Part shown: piece after piece, positions 29,053 through 41,575 of the stretch | How positions within the stretch are numbered: the first letter of the stretch is position 1 | Layout: the number at the start of each line of letters is the position of its first letter | From: Eledone cirrhosa | Lineage: Eukaryota | Reading direction: 5' to 3' | Assembly (NCBI GenBank): GCA_964016885.1 | Contig: OZ024751.1 | Coordinates: 34,348,001-34,412,000, forward strand | DNA length: 64,000 bases | The notes under the pieces: model-generated | What the model was told of the DNA's origin: nothing | Database searches by the model: none | What the model saw: the letters and a program-made list of their open reading frames with translations, nothing else | Program-made: the position numbers and the translations under genes

Positions 29053-29220
29053 ATATATAGCTTTACCCGTATTTTTGACTTAAGGAATTTTAGCCTGATA
29101 AATGGAAAAAGATGAGTATTGACGTACATAATACTCATCTTTTTCCATTTATCTGAGGGTTCTAAACCCCATTATCAGGCTAAAATTCCTTTAGTCAAAA
29201 ATACGGTGAAAGCTATATAT
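29053..29220. repeat. Family B ~68-bp inverted repeat ending in (TA)n
   Basis: 29053-29120 pairs with 29130-29220; the right arm has an extra ~23 bp (TGAGGGTTCTAAACCCCATTATC); loop GACGTACAT. Confidence 0.8.
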
Positions 29221-29250
29221 ATATATATATTTATACATATATATATTTAT

Positions 29251-29460
29251 ACATGGACACTGACCAAGAAACTAACTCAGATGGTGGATGGGTGCTACAC
29301 GAGAATGCTGAGGATGGCTCTGAACATTAATCAGTATACACTGAGGATGAAAAACTCAGAGCTGTATGGGAGCCTCCCAAAAGTCAGCTCAAAAGTGACA
29401 CAGAGGACACTGTGGTTAGCTGGACATGCTCTCCGACATCCAGAGTTGACATTGCACTCA
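29251..29460 (+). mobile_element. RTE-clade LINE internal fragment (post-RT C-terminal region)
   Basis: TWTLTKKLTQMVDGCYTRMLRMALNI...ELYGSLPKVSSKVTQRTLWLAGHALRHPEL matches the remembered RTE/RTE-X C-terminal pattern (TWTLT, DGCYTRMLR, RLAGH); lies between TA-rich tracts. Confidence 0.8.
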
Positions 29461-29502
29461 ATACATGCTTTTGATATATTTATATATATTTATATATATA
29501 TG

Positions 29503-29627
<125 letters not shown>

Positions 29628-29647
29628 TTATATATATATATATTTAT

Positions 29648-29811
29648 AACGGCATTTTGGAAAGGAACTAGATGGACCATAACGCATCAGAATACTCTTA
29701 GGGTAGTAGAGTGGGTAATAGGAAAAAGTATGGCCCCGACGGCAGAGCTCAGTCCAGAAATAGCCGTCGAAACGGCCTGAGCTCTGCCGTCGGGGTCATA
29801 CTTTTTCCTAT
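29648..29811 (-). mobile_element. Family A asymmetric hairpin-plus-tail insert
   Basis: Tail 29648-29717 and tailed arm to 29751 on the minus strand; the opposite arm runs AGTCCAGAAA...TTTTTCCTAT (29751-29811). Confidence 0.8.
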
Positions 29812-29816
29812 ATATT

Positions 29817-29850
<34 letters not shown>

Positions 29851-29854
29851 TATA

Positions 29855-29986
29855 AATGAAGTAATTCCGTCGGAAAAGTCCAGGAAAAAAGAGTGCTCTA
29901 TGTAGGTAACAGAGTTTAATTATTATTATGTAATAAACAACATAAGGCAATTATAATTGCCTTATGTTGTTTATTACATAATAATA
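29855..29986 (-). mobile_element. Family C fragment ending in a 66-bp perfect palindrome
   Basis: 29855-29953 is near-identical to 37325-37420; 29921-29986 is a perfect palindrome centred on GCAATTA|TAATTGC; TA-rich on both sides. Confidence 0.8.
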
Positions 29987-30066
29987 TATATATTTATATT
30001 TATATATACATATATTTATATATACATATATTTATATATATATATTTATATTTATATTTATATATA

Positions 30067-30144
<78 letters not shown>

Positions 30145-30702
30145 CACACTAGCGAACATGCGCATACGTATGTACGATAACCTAATCAAAGGAAGCCACT
30201 TTTTGTCTAATCAAAGCCTTCGTTCATTAGATTCCATGTAATTAGAAGTTTAGTGTTGTTCTACAACAGATGTAATCCTTGAATCTACAATTGGATCTCA
30301 TAATTTATATCTACGTCAAGTATTTACATAATCTAAACCTGCTGGAGATTGACCTCATATATGACGAATTTTACTGTAAATTAGTAGAATGTGATCTTGT
30401 ATATGTTGCTGATGTCACTGTTGTTGTTGTTGCTGTATTTGTCATTGCTTTTGTTGTTATGAAACATACAAAATCCAAGTCCTACCAGATGTGTGCAGAT
30501 CATATTCTGTTGTTTGCCCTTCGCTAAACTCCACTCCTTGCTGTGAGTAGCAGCAACGTCAAGTTTCTGCATTGAAAGCAGAAATTCTAATATTTGTTAC
30601 AAAACTTCAATTGTTTAATACCTCTTGAGAGAAGCTGTTCTGTCACTGCACTGGTGACTACTACAGACCTTATGTAAACTACACACACAGCACACATGCA
30701 TA

Positions 30703-30778
<76 letters not shown>

Positions 30779-31063
30779 CTATAAAGTATGTCCATAGAAT
30801 CATTTGATAATATATATACACCATTTCCTCTCCCAATTAGCATAATTAACCACACAAAAAATCAATTAGACCAGGCTATAAGATTAAAAGGCACCTATGA
30901 AGAAATAGTAGATAAATATACTACAGCAATCTCTTCGCGACCAACCGCCATAGAATATTTACCCAACATTTCAACAGCACGTGGAAATCGATTAAATATA
31001 CCGTCAACCATACACAATTAGGTATAAAATTAAAGTTAGAAGGAAAAAATGCATATACACATA

Positions 31064-31110
<47 letters not shown>

Positions 31111-31419
31111 TATACACACATATATTTATATATATGCTGGCGTATGGTTAACTTTATTTGTTTTGTGTTCTGCATTGTTTTATGTCTTGCTCGTATTTAC
31201 GTTCGAGTTAGTTTTCCACTGACATATTTCACACTCAAGGTATTTACCCCCACAACACTCAGTGCTGTAGACTTTCCAAATGTGTGGTAAGTCAGGAAAC
31301 AACACCAAACCACACATCTATGCCTGTGGCAATATTATCTGAGGTGTTACTTAACTTCCTGTCCAGATATATTGGGTGTTGCAAGTATTCTTTCTTTTTA
31401 TTTGTTGGTAATAATGCCT

Positions 31420-33031
31420 GTGTCTAATCTGATTGTCTGTGAGTTCCAGGTGTATCCATTCTGATTGTCTGTGAGGTCCAAATGTGTCTAATCTGATTGT
31501 CTGCGAGGTCCAAGTGTGTCCAACCTGAGTGTCTGTGAGGTCCAGGTGTATCCAACCTGACTGTCTGTGAGATTTCAGGTGTGTCCAACTTGACTGTCTG
31601 TGAGGTCCAACCTGGCTATCCAACCTGACTGTCTGTGAGGTCCAGGTGTGTCCAACCTGACTGTCTGTGAGGTCCAGGTGTGTCCAACCTGACTGTCTGT
31701 GAGGTCCAGGTGTGTCCAACCTGACTGTCTGTGATGTCCAGGTGTGTCCAACCTGACTGTCTGTGAGGTCCAGGTGTATCCAACCTGACTATCTGTGAGG
31801 TCCAACCTGGCTATCCAACCTGACTGTCTGTGAGGTCCAGGTGTGTCCAACCTGACTGTCTGTGAGGTCCAGGTGTGTCCAACCTGACTGTCTGTGAGGT
31901 CCAGGTGTGTCCAACCTGACTGTCTGTGAGGTCCAGGTGTATCCAACCTGACTGTCTGTGAGGTCCAGGTGTATCCAACCTGACTGTCTGTGAGGTCCAG
32001 GTGTATCCAACCTGACTGTCTGTGAGGTCCAGGTGTGTCCAACCTGACTGTCTGTGAGGTCCAGGTGTGTCCAACCTGACTGTCTGTGAGGTCCAGGTGT
32101 ATCCAACCTGACTGTCTGTGAGGTCCAGGTGTATCCAACCTGACTGTCTGTGAGGTCCAGGTGTATCCAACCTGACTGTATGTGAGGTCCAGGTGTGTCC
32201 AACCTGACTGTCTGTGAGGTCCAGGTGTGTCCAACCTGAGTGTCTGTGAGGTCCAGGTGTGTCCAACCTGACTGTCTGTGAGGTTCAGGTGTATCCAACC
32301 TGACTGTCTGTGAGGTCCAGGTGTGTCCAACCTGACTGTCTGTGAGGTCCAGGTGTGTCCAACCTGACTGTGTGTGAGGTCCAGGTGTATCCAACCTGAC
32401 TGTCTGTGAGGTCCAGGTGTGTCCAACCTGACTGTCTGTGAGGTCCAGGTGTGTCCAACCTGAGTGTCTGTGAGGTCCAGGTGTGTCCAACCTGAGTGTC
32501 TGTGAGGTCCAGGTGTGTCCAACCTGACTGTCTGTGAGGTCCAGGTGTGTCCAATCTGACTGTCTGTGAGGTCCAGGTGTGTCCAACCTGAGTGTCTGTG
32601 AGGTCCAGGTGTGTCCAACCTGACTGTGTGTGAGGTCCAGGTGTATCCAACCTGACTGTGTGTGAGGTCCAGGTGTGTCCAACCTGACTGTCTGTGAGGT
32701 CCAGGTGTATCCAACCTGACTGTCTGTGAGGTCCAGGTGTGTCCAACCTGACTGTCTGTGAGGTCCAGGTGTATCCAACCTGACTGTGTGTGAGGTCCAG
32801 GTGTATCCAACATGACTGTCTGTGAGGTCCAGGTGTGTCCAACCTGACTGTGTGTGAGGTCCAGGTGTATCCAACCTGACTGTGTGTGAGGTCCAGGTGT
32901 ATCCAACCTGAGTGTCTGTGAGGTCCAGGTGTATCCAACCTGAGTGTCTGTGAGGTCCAGGTGTATCCAACCTGACTGTGTGTGAGGTCCAGGTGTATCC
33001 AACCTGACTGTCTGTGAGGTCCAGGTGTGTC
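31420..33031. repeat. 32-bp GC-balanced minisatellite, ~50 units
   Basis: Unit CCAACCTGACTGTCTGTGAGGTCCAGGTGT(G/A)T; degenerate at the left edge. Confidence 0.95.
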
Positions 33032-34626
33032 TGTTTTTTCCTTGTTACTCTTTCCTGATTAATGATATCATTTCAGAAGTAGTTTCATTGATCGATTAGA
33101 CATCTATTTCCTTATTCAATAACTATTATCATGTTTTGAAATATTGTTAACTACGTGATTTCCATTTTTAGACATTCATTGTATCCCCCCACCCCTCCCA
33201 TCTCTCCTTCTCTTTCCTTGTTTTCTTTTAGATCAGTTTCCGTTGGTCAGTGTTCGTTAAAACCCCTTGGGTTTCGTTTAACTGTGTTTTCATATTTACT
33301 TTGTCTTCTGTTTATAGCTTACATCTATATATTTATTGTTTGTTTTTCGTTCATATATATATATGTTTTCATTGTGTATTCCTCCTTTGAAGTGTTCTAT
33401 GTATGTGTGTATGTATTTATGTATGTGTGTATGTATGCATTTCATTGAAAGTTTCTTTCTATATGAGCCACATTGAGGCCAAGGTTTCTCAGGAAAATTT
33501 ATACGAAAATATTGTTGGAGTTTCACTTCAGAGAAAACTTCAGATGTACAATGGCCGTGTATAATTGAAAGGTTTTCCTGCAGTGGGTATTAATTTATTC
33601 CCAGATATTAAGTGATACATGTGATATAATGACTGGTCATTTACTCTCATTCTTATTATTATAGTTCGGTAGCGGTTTATTTTCCTTCTGCCCATGACAC
33701 CTTTTGCACGCTCCATTTTCTTATATTTGTGCACCAGTTCAAGAGACGCATTCATCGTTTACCTTACCGTAAATAACATAGTCTGTTTTATACTGAACTT
33801 GTTAGTTACAGTTTGTGTAGAGTAGCTGGATTAGTGTAGTGTTAGTGGAAGGTTTGCTCACTAATGTAACAAGTTACTACCTTTGTTTATATATTGTTAG
33901 GTGACACCATATTGAAATAACATCTGAATATGAAACGTATTGACCTATACCGTCTTATGTATTATGTTGTTTTAGATGCTCAATGTCCGACGAAATGACG
34001 GGTGTGCATGGTTAGAGTGTCTTTATTCCTAGGTCTGAGCACGTAGAACTGATCTGGACCTATACAGAATGACAAAGCCAACAAGCATTAGAACTACGTG
34101 AGGAAATGGGAAGAAAATGTAGGATGTTTAAAACATAAATCTTTCTAAGCTTGTTGGTTCCTCTTCGACTAATTCTATGTAATGTGGTCCCTCGAAGAAA
34201 TATTAAACTATTCTCTTCTCTACAATTAATCAAGGTGAAATTTTATGGTCGCAAATTACAGATAAAAAGTACAAATTGATTGGAACGATTTCGATGAAGA
34301 GAATCGAACGTTTTGCCGTCCGATTCCACACATACTAAGTCAATCGCACGTAACTTTCAGCAACATACTTAAATATAAAACACCATATAAATACCCCCCC
34401 CCCCCCATTTTTGTGACCTCTACCAGCCCCGTTCTTAACCAACAGAGACCACCATTAATAAAATCACTACAACCACATTCAATGCGATCAGCACCATTAA
34501 CGAATGTAATGATCAATAAATAAACAAAAATCTAAAATGGCGTATGTAACGTTCTGTTGCCTTTCATATAAATAAACTTCATTTAATTTAGGTTTATGGT
34601 GCTGTTTTGCTCAGCATTATATATAC

Positions 34627-34706
<80 letters not shown>

Positions 34707-35442
34707 GTATACATATATATATATATATATATAATGTATACATATATATATATACATATGTATACATATATATGTACGCATAAACAATATATATTTGTTT
34801 ATATATATATGTATGTATATATATGCATAAACAATATATATTAATATATATATATATATGTATATATGTATATATGTGCATACATAAACAATATATATTT
34901 GTTTATATATATATAAACAAATATATATATATAATGTAATTTTTTCTTATATTTTTCTTATCTATAGAAATCTTTGACAGTCATGTTCGTCATAATTAGT
35001 GTCCACAAGATATCTAAAAAAAAAAAAAAAGAAATGAAACTCACTAAAAACTAAAAATTTGCGAAAGGAAAACGAAATGATATTTAAACGTGAAAATATA
35101 AAGAAACCCTTTAGTTTTGCCCGCACATTCTTTCATATATTCTTACATTAGCTTCTATGGCTCAGTGTATTTAGGAAGAATGTAATGTGTTTCACTTATT
35201 TTCTAGTCGTCGACGTAGTTGTTGTTGTCGTCGTCGTGGTTGTTGTTGTTGTTGTTAATGTGATGCATTTTTTTAATCTTATTTGTTTTTTCTGTAAATA
35301 ACATCTGGAATAAAAGAGATTCGTGGCAGGAATTTTTTAATACAGTACAAAGTAAAACTTTGTTTACAACGACACATTTTTTTGCATTGCACTTCTTTCG
35401 ATCTTGGCTTCCGTCCTCTCAGAAAGAGATATAGAACACATG

Positions 35443-35505
<63 letters not shown>

Positions 35506-35562
35506 TTTCTGTTTTTGTCTTTTTAATCATGGACTAGAAGTGTGTATGTACGTACAATACAC

Positions 35563-35625
<63 letters not shown>

Positions 35626-35974
35626 CATATATCTATATATCATCATATCCATCTATATGTCTATGCATATGTCTGTATCTATATTTATATGTATGCATGT
35701 TTGTATGTACGTGTGTGTAAGATTGTACATATATATGTATCTGCCTCTATTCATGCATGCGTGTGTTTGCATGTATATATGTATGTGTACATGCATGTAT
35801 ATATGTATGTGTACATGCATGTATAGGCTACGATCTACAACATTCGTGTAAGATATATGCTATGGTGTTGTTTTTTTTAATGTAATTATTTCACATCGTA
35901 ATTGACTGCGACAATGAACAGTGGACTAAGATATGAACAGTTAGAAAATTAGTTTAATGAAACTAGAGAAAGGA

Positions 35975-36073
<99 letters not shown>

Positions 36074-36377
36074 TGAACTTAACGCAGCTTTTGTGAAGGA
36101 AGGGCATGAATATCGGGGTGAAAACTAATTAAAGTGACATCCTATTCAGAGATAAAAAAAAAATTAATTAGATTCCTATCTGTGTGTGTCTATAATAGAA
36201 TAATAATGCATATAAGTGCAACGGTGTGTTAGAGGGTATATATATATATATATACGTTTGTATGATAGTATTTGTATGATATATATATATATATATATAT
36301 ATCATACAAATACTATCATACAAACGTATATATATATATATATATATATACGTTTGTATGATAGTATTTGTATGATA

Positions 36378-36504
<127 letters not shown>

Positions 36505-36797
36505 GTTTGTATGATAATATTTGACAAAGAGCGAGATTGAGCGAGAGTCAAAAAGATGAAAGAAAAAAAAAGCAAAGAAAGAAAGGAGAGAAGGAAAGAT
36601 GTAAGGAATGAGAGAAAAGAAAGCGAAAGAATCAAATTTAGTGGCAGATAATTTAGTTAGTTTGACAATAATCGAGGAGTGACTTTCTTGATGTATCAAC
36701 ATTTGCATCGTCTGACTGATTCTATATATATATAATATATATGTATATGTATATGTATATATGTATACATACACGCATGTATAGACACACACACACT

Positions 36798-36829
<32 letters not shown>

Positions 36830-37264
36830 AGCATGTATACATGTATATGTACATTAGAATTAATACACATGCACACATATATAGACACATATATACACAG
36901 GCACAGAAAGAAACACATTCATATACACGGCAATAAACACGTATCCGTGAACATACAGCTACACATGCACGTACACATATACATACACAGACATGCACGT
37001 ACACATATACATACACAGACATGCACGTACACATATACATACACAGACATGTACGTACAGAGAGAAAAAAAATGACGTTCAAACAGAAACCTATTAAAGT
37101 TGTTAGACATAAGATTTTAGATATTCCCTCCCTCACCGCATATCTCCCTCCTCTTCCTGCTCCTCCTGTAGTTATACATGGATGTAAGCAACATTACAAC
37201 ATAGACATTGTTGCAATATTGTATAATATACAACTTGCGTCAGTATGCCTATTTCCACACCCAT

Positions 37265-37295
<31 letters not shown>

Positions 37296-37324
37296 TTATA
37301 TATATATATATATATATATGTATG

Positions 37325-37490
37325 AATGAAGTAATTCCGTCGGAAAAGTCCAGGAAAAAAGAGTGCTCTATGTAGGTAACAGAGCTTAATAGTTATGTAA
37401 TAAACAACATAAGGCAATTATTCCATTTACCAGTGGTTTCTTAAAAGCAAAAAATTTTGCTTTCAATCCTCAGAATTTCAGAAGATCCGG
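37325..37490 (-). mobile_element. Family C pLTR-like fragment containing a complete hammerhead motif
   Basis: Shares its TA-adjacent end with 29855 and extends further upstream to include the ribozyme motif. Confidence 0.7.
37421..37483 (-). ncRNA. Type I hammerhead ribozyme motif
   Basis: Minus strand TTCTGAAATT-CTGAGGA-TTGAAAGCAAA-ATTT-TTTGCTTTTAA-GAAACC-ACT-GGTA|AATGGAA: intact CUGANGA and GAAA, 11-bp stem II, 3-bp stem III, GUA triplet (cut predicted between 37428 and 37427), bulged stem I. Confidence 0.6.
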
Positions 37491-37603
37491 TTAAGGGTGA
37501 AAGCAGCGATTAATAAATATTTACTCTACGGTTCTTATATATTTGATATATATTTATCCTTATCGAGCCCTCTTTGGATTTTAGTCTTCAAAGTTATTAT
37601 TAT

Positions 37604-37677
<74 letters not shown>

Positions 37678-37680
<3 letters not shown>

Positions 37681-38246
37681 TAAGCATTAAGAGAAGGATT
37701 TATCCAGGTATTTACGACCGTTTCATTGGTAAGTGCAACCTTATATTGCTATACTGCAAATAGCAGCCACTCAATTATAATTGTTGTTCATAGTCCAAAT
37801 TTTCAAAATAGTGAGTTACTCTTGAAATAATTCTTAATATATAGAGAAAAACATTTATTTGGGATTGTATTTACTAGTATAGAGAGAGAGGAATCAATAC
37901 TAGTAAATACAATCCCAAATAAATGTTTTTCTCTATATATTAAGAATTATTTCAAGAGTAACTCACTATTTTGAAAATTTGGACTGTGAACAACAATTAT
38001 AATTGAGTGGCTGCTATTTGCAGTATAGCAATATAAGGTTGCACTTACCAATGAAACGGTCGTAAATACCTGGATTAAATCCTTCTCTTAATGCTTACCT
38101 GTGTTTTCTCTTTTATACTTTATACTCCAAGATTGAACGGAATTCTTACAAACTTGTGGAGTTACCCCTAAACGTACGTTGAAACCATCCATGAAACTGG
38201 CTTTCTTAACCAAAAACTGGATCACAATAAGCAATTTTTTGCTTCT

Positions 38247-38251
<5 letters not shown>
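37678..38251 (+). mobile_element. Family D ~203-bp inverted repeat plus 150-bp tail, in (TA)n
   Basis: Arms 37678-37880 and 37897-38100 differ by about one substitution and one indel; 16-bp spacer; tail 38101-38251; GAAACGGTCGTA motif in the right arm. Confidence 0.8.
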
Positions 38252-38290
<39 letters not shown>

Positions 38291-38337
38291 AATATGAAAA
38301 CATGGCGTGTTGCGTGATTGCAAATGGGTTACATATG

Positions 38338-38405
38338 AATAAATAATTAATAATTGGTATATCGTGCAATGGCCATACTCAATAAACGAGGGGGCAGCCA
38401 TCATC

Positions 38406-38467
<62 letters not shown>

Positions 38468-38534
38468 ATGATGGTTGCCCCCTCGTTTATCGAGTATGGC
38501 CATTGCACGATATACCAATTATTAATTATTTATT
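38338..38534. repeat. 68-bp inverted repeat flanking (TA)n
   Basis: 38338-38405 pairs with 38467-38534 with two substitutions. Confidence 0.9.
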
Positions 38535-39111
38535 AATTCTATCGTGAAATGCCTGTGCGTGAAGATATTTTTTAAAGTGAGGACAAACTGTGCACTGAGC
38601 CAATCTCACTCTCTGAGCGACAGTATCTATAAACCGAAAAGAAGAAAAGATCAATATCATCGGTAACTACCGAGCCGCAGGTTTTATATCGGAGATATCC
38701 CAGTTTCCTGAGTTACCTTCTAGAAAAATGCCGTGACAAAGGCTAGGGGTCCTTCACTCTCAGTGGTTTAACCGCGCGATCGGGTGTCCAGCCTGACTAT
38801 TTCTATGTTCCTGCGCATATACACACACATCCACCCATGTATATACACATATACATACATATGTACATGTGTATATACATATTTACACACTTTTGGATGC
38901 CCGTTGACTCTTATGAGTTCTTCCGCCCTTTGTCAGATTTTGTTTTTTGTCCTGCAGGGTGTCCAAAATTACCCTCCTCACCAAGTTAACTTGATGGGGT
39001 TGCCGGTTTAGTAGCCGACGACCCGACCATGGGTTACATGTTACCAGTAACACTCAAGAGTGACCCGACATAATATATATATATATATATACATACACAT
39101 ATATATATATT

Positions 39112-39205
39112 AATCAAGATGGATACAATAAGAAGCTGGCAAGACCATTACTTATCAGAGTACTCGATACTTGGGGTAGTAGAGTATTGTTATATGAAAG
39201 AGTCG
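39112..39205 (-). mobile_element. Family A2 tail fragment
   Basis: CTTGGGGTAGTAGAGTATTGTTATATGAAAGAGTC matches 11134-11168; abuts a TA tract. Confidence 0.7.
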
Positions 39206-39209
39206 GAAA

Positions 39210-39420
39210 TCCACAATTCCATGTACTTATGAAGCTTTCTGTATTTGTGGATATTGATGACATTATTTCCAGTTATATGGTTACAACAGTTATTTAGACA
39301 TCGTGGTTATAAACAGCTTTCTGATTTTTTTCCATCTTTCTGCACAATTCTGTCTTTTCTATAGTGAGTTCGGCCTCGTAGAGTTAACCAAAAGTCTGTA
39401 CTTTTGGTATCTCGTGTCTT
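39210..39420 (-). mobile_element. Highly decayed restriction-like-endonuclease (R4/Dong-type) LINE fragment
   Basis: Frameshifted translation HYRKDRIVQKDGKKSESCL..DV...KLHKYMEL resembles the HNRPDIV..D....C..IDV...EK..KY..L RLE motif. Confidence 0.3.
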
Positions 39421-41575
39421 TCAATAGAATATGCGGAAGACACATAATACACACAAAATACTAGAAATAGAGAGAGGTGTTAATTCCTCACTCTAGTAAT
39501 AATGATAATTAGCAGATAGAAGAGAGCATACGATTTAAATGATTTAAAAGTCTTAGAGAACAGAAACACCCAGTGACAAGACAAATGAATGGATAGAGTT
39601 GATGCTAAGACTAATGATGACGATATTAACAAAATACATCAGCTATTCCAAACGCTTGAATAACAACGGCTTGTATTTTCTCCCTACCACAAAAGCTTAC
39701 TTCTTAAATATGCAATCAGCTAAGGGCTGCAATCAACGTTCAGTATTGATATCAATCTATCTAACTTGTGCAGCGTGGTAAGAGATTACAGCGGTTTACA
39801 GAAACTGACTCACACACTGAATATGAATGAACAATAGCTTGAAGATAGCAGGAATTAAGGAAATCTAACCGAACATGCAGTAAATTACATTGGAATATCG
39901 TGGGAAATCTATCTTGCGGGTCATTCACACATCGATGAAATATATTGCATCACATCCTCACTTGATTTTTAGAGATATGATAGTGATTGTCCTCAATATA
40001 ATTCATTCACTGAATTCTTTCTAAATTTACCCTCACACACAAACACCAACAAACACATATACACACATATATATTTATATTGTACATATATACACATACA
40101 TACATACACTCACATATATATATACACACACACATACAACACTTCCTTCCACCTTCTCTCTCCTCCACCTTAGTATTCGAGGTTTAACTCACCCAGCCTT
40201 CTCTCTCACGCGTGACACCATTGTAACTTCTTGGTGTATCGCCATCATATTACCTCTAGTTTCATACTTAGCCCCGTACCGTTACTGTACATCTGAACAG
40301 TAGTCCAGATGTTGAGAAGGAATCATTATCTCCACACCAGCATAAAGGTTGTCTGCTCTTTTCTTCCGAATGATCTTCGAACCAAACCTGCCATTCTACT
40401 GTGCATTGTTCATATATTATTGTGAGCACAGTGATTTCGAACTCGGCACCCCGTGTTTAGGAAACCAACAATTTAAACACACAACCATGCCTACACCATT
40501 TCAGATATTTACATTTACTGAAAAAACTTTTTCCACTTTTAATAATGGCCATAACCAGTACATTTAAAGGTATTGTAAGCTGGTTGTTGATAATAAACCC
40601 CCAAAAAGAAAATTTGAAAACTTTACAATTTACGTTAAACGATCGCAGCAAATATCACACGAACATCTCATTTGAAGAGAACCAAAACAAATCTCAAGAT
40701 ATCAAAACAAAATCTCTTCTGGAAAATAATGTTTAAAGAAGTGACGAACATTTTCTTCTAAATCGAATCCCGTGCAAGTTTTATTTTTAAAGTAGGATTT
40801 AGATAACAATTTCAAATAATGCGTCTTTCGTCTTTCGACGCCATTTTAGGTTATAATAGGGGAAGATTTGATACCTTCAAGCCGTTGCTTGGTGTTATTT
40901 CAATGATTCAATGATGGTTGAATTAACGTTTAATTCAAGACAAATTCTATATATTTTAAAAGAAAATTCGCAGTTTTCCAAGATTCAACGCTTCAACTGA
41001 TAATGTTGTATAGCCTAAAGTGAAGACACCAACATCATACCTGATAAAATACATATATACAAATAACCCATCTCCATCTTTCAGCCGTCGTTCGCGTGCA
41101 GTATCGCAGTGCGCATGCTTCAACAATCTCGAAAAGAACTTAAGTACTGATTGATATCTGCAGAATCGATTTTTCCCAAGCGGGAACTTTGGAAGAAACT
41201 GTTGAACGTAATTCAAGGATTCTCTTTAGTACCCCCCCCCCCTCTCACCTTTTCTCTCACTGCTTCAATCTATCTTTCTATCTACATACCTCCCTATCTA
41301 TCTATCTACATACCTCCCTATCTATCTATCCATATACCTCCCTATCTATCTATATACCTCCCTATCTATCTATCCATATACCTCCCTACCTACCTACCTA
41401 TCTATCTACATACCTACCTATCTATCTATCTATATACCTCCCTATCTATCTATCACTCTCATGCTAACTTTCCTTCTTTGTCTTTTTCTCTCACACTCTC
41501 TCAAGATTTTCTATTTAACTCACTCTATATTTCTCCTTCCTCTTATCTCTCTTTCTCTCTCTCTGCATCGAAAAG

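Noticed and set aside
31351-33002. Long overlapping ORFs up to 475 aa (DTPGPHRQSG repeats)
   Set aside because: The 32-bp unit lacks stops on the minus strand, so all frames are open; the unit length is not a multiple of 3.
31420-33031. CRISPR-like array (also considered for 48380-48555 and 63204-63513)
   Set aside because: Units are contiguous with no unique spacers, there are no cas genes, and the context is eukaryotic.
38690-39070. GC-richer stretches resembling old LINE UTRs (also 20580-20930 and 59900-60170)
   Set aside because: No translatable motif or in-window second copy to support a call.
40835-41120. YY1-like CGCCATTTT and NRF1-like TGCGCATGC motifs as a promoter (also CAAGATGGCGG near 56807)
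   Set aside because: Short motifs with only tiny downstream ORFs; not supportable without expression data.
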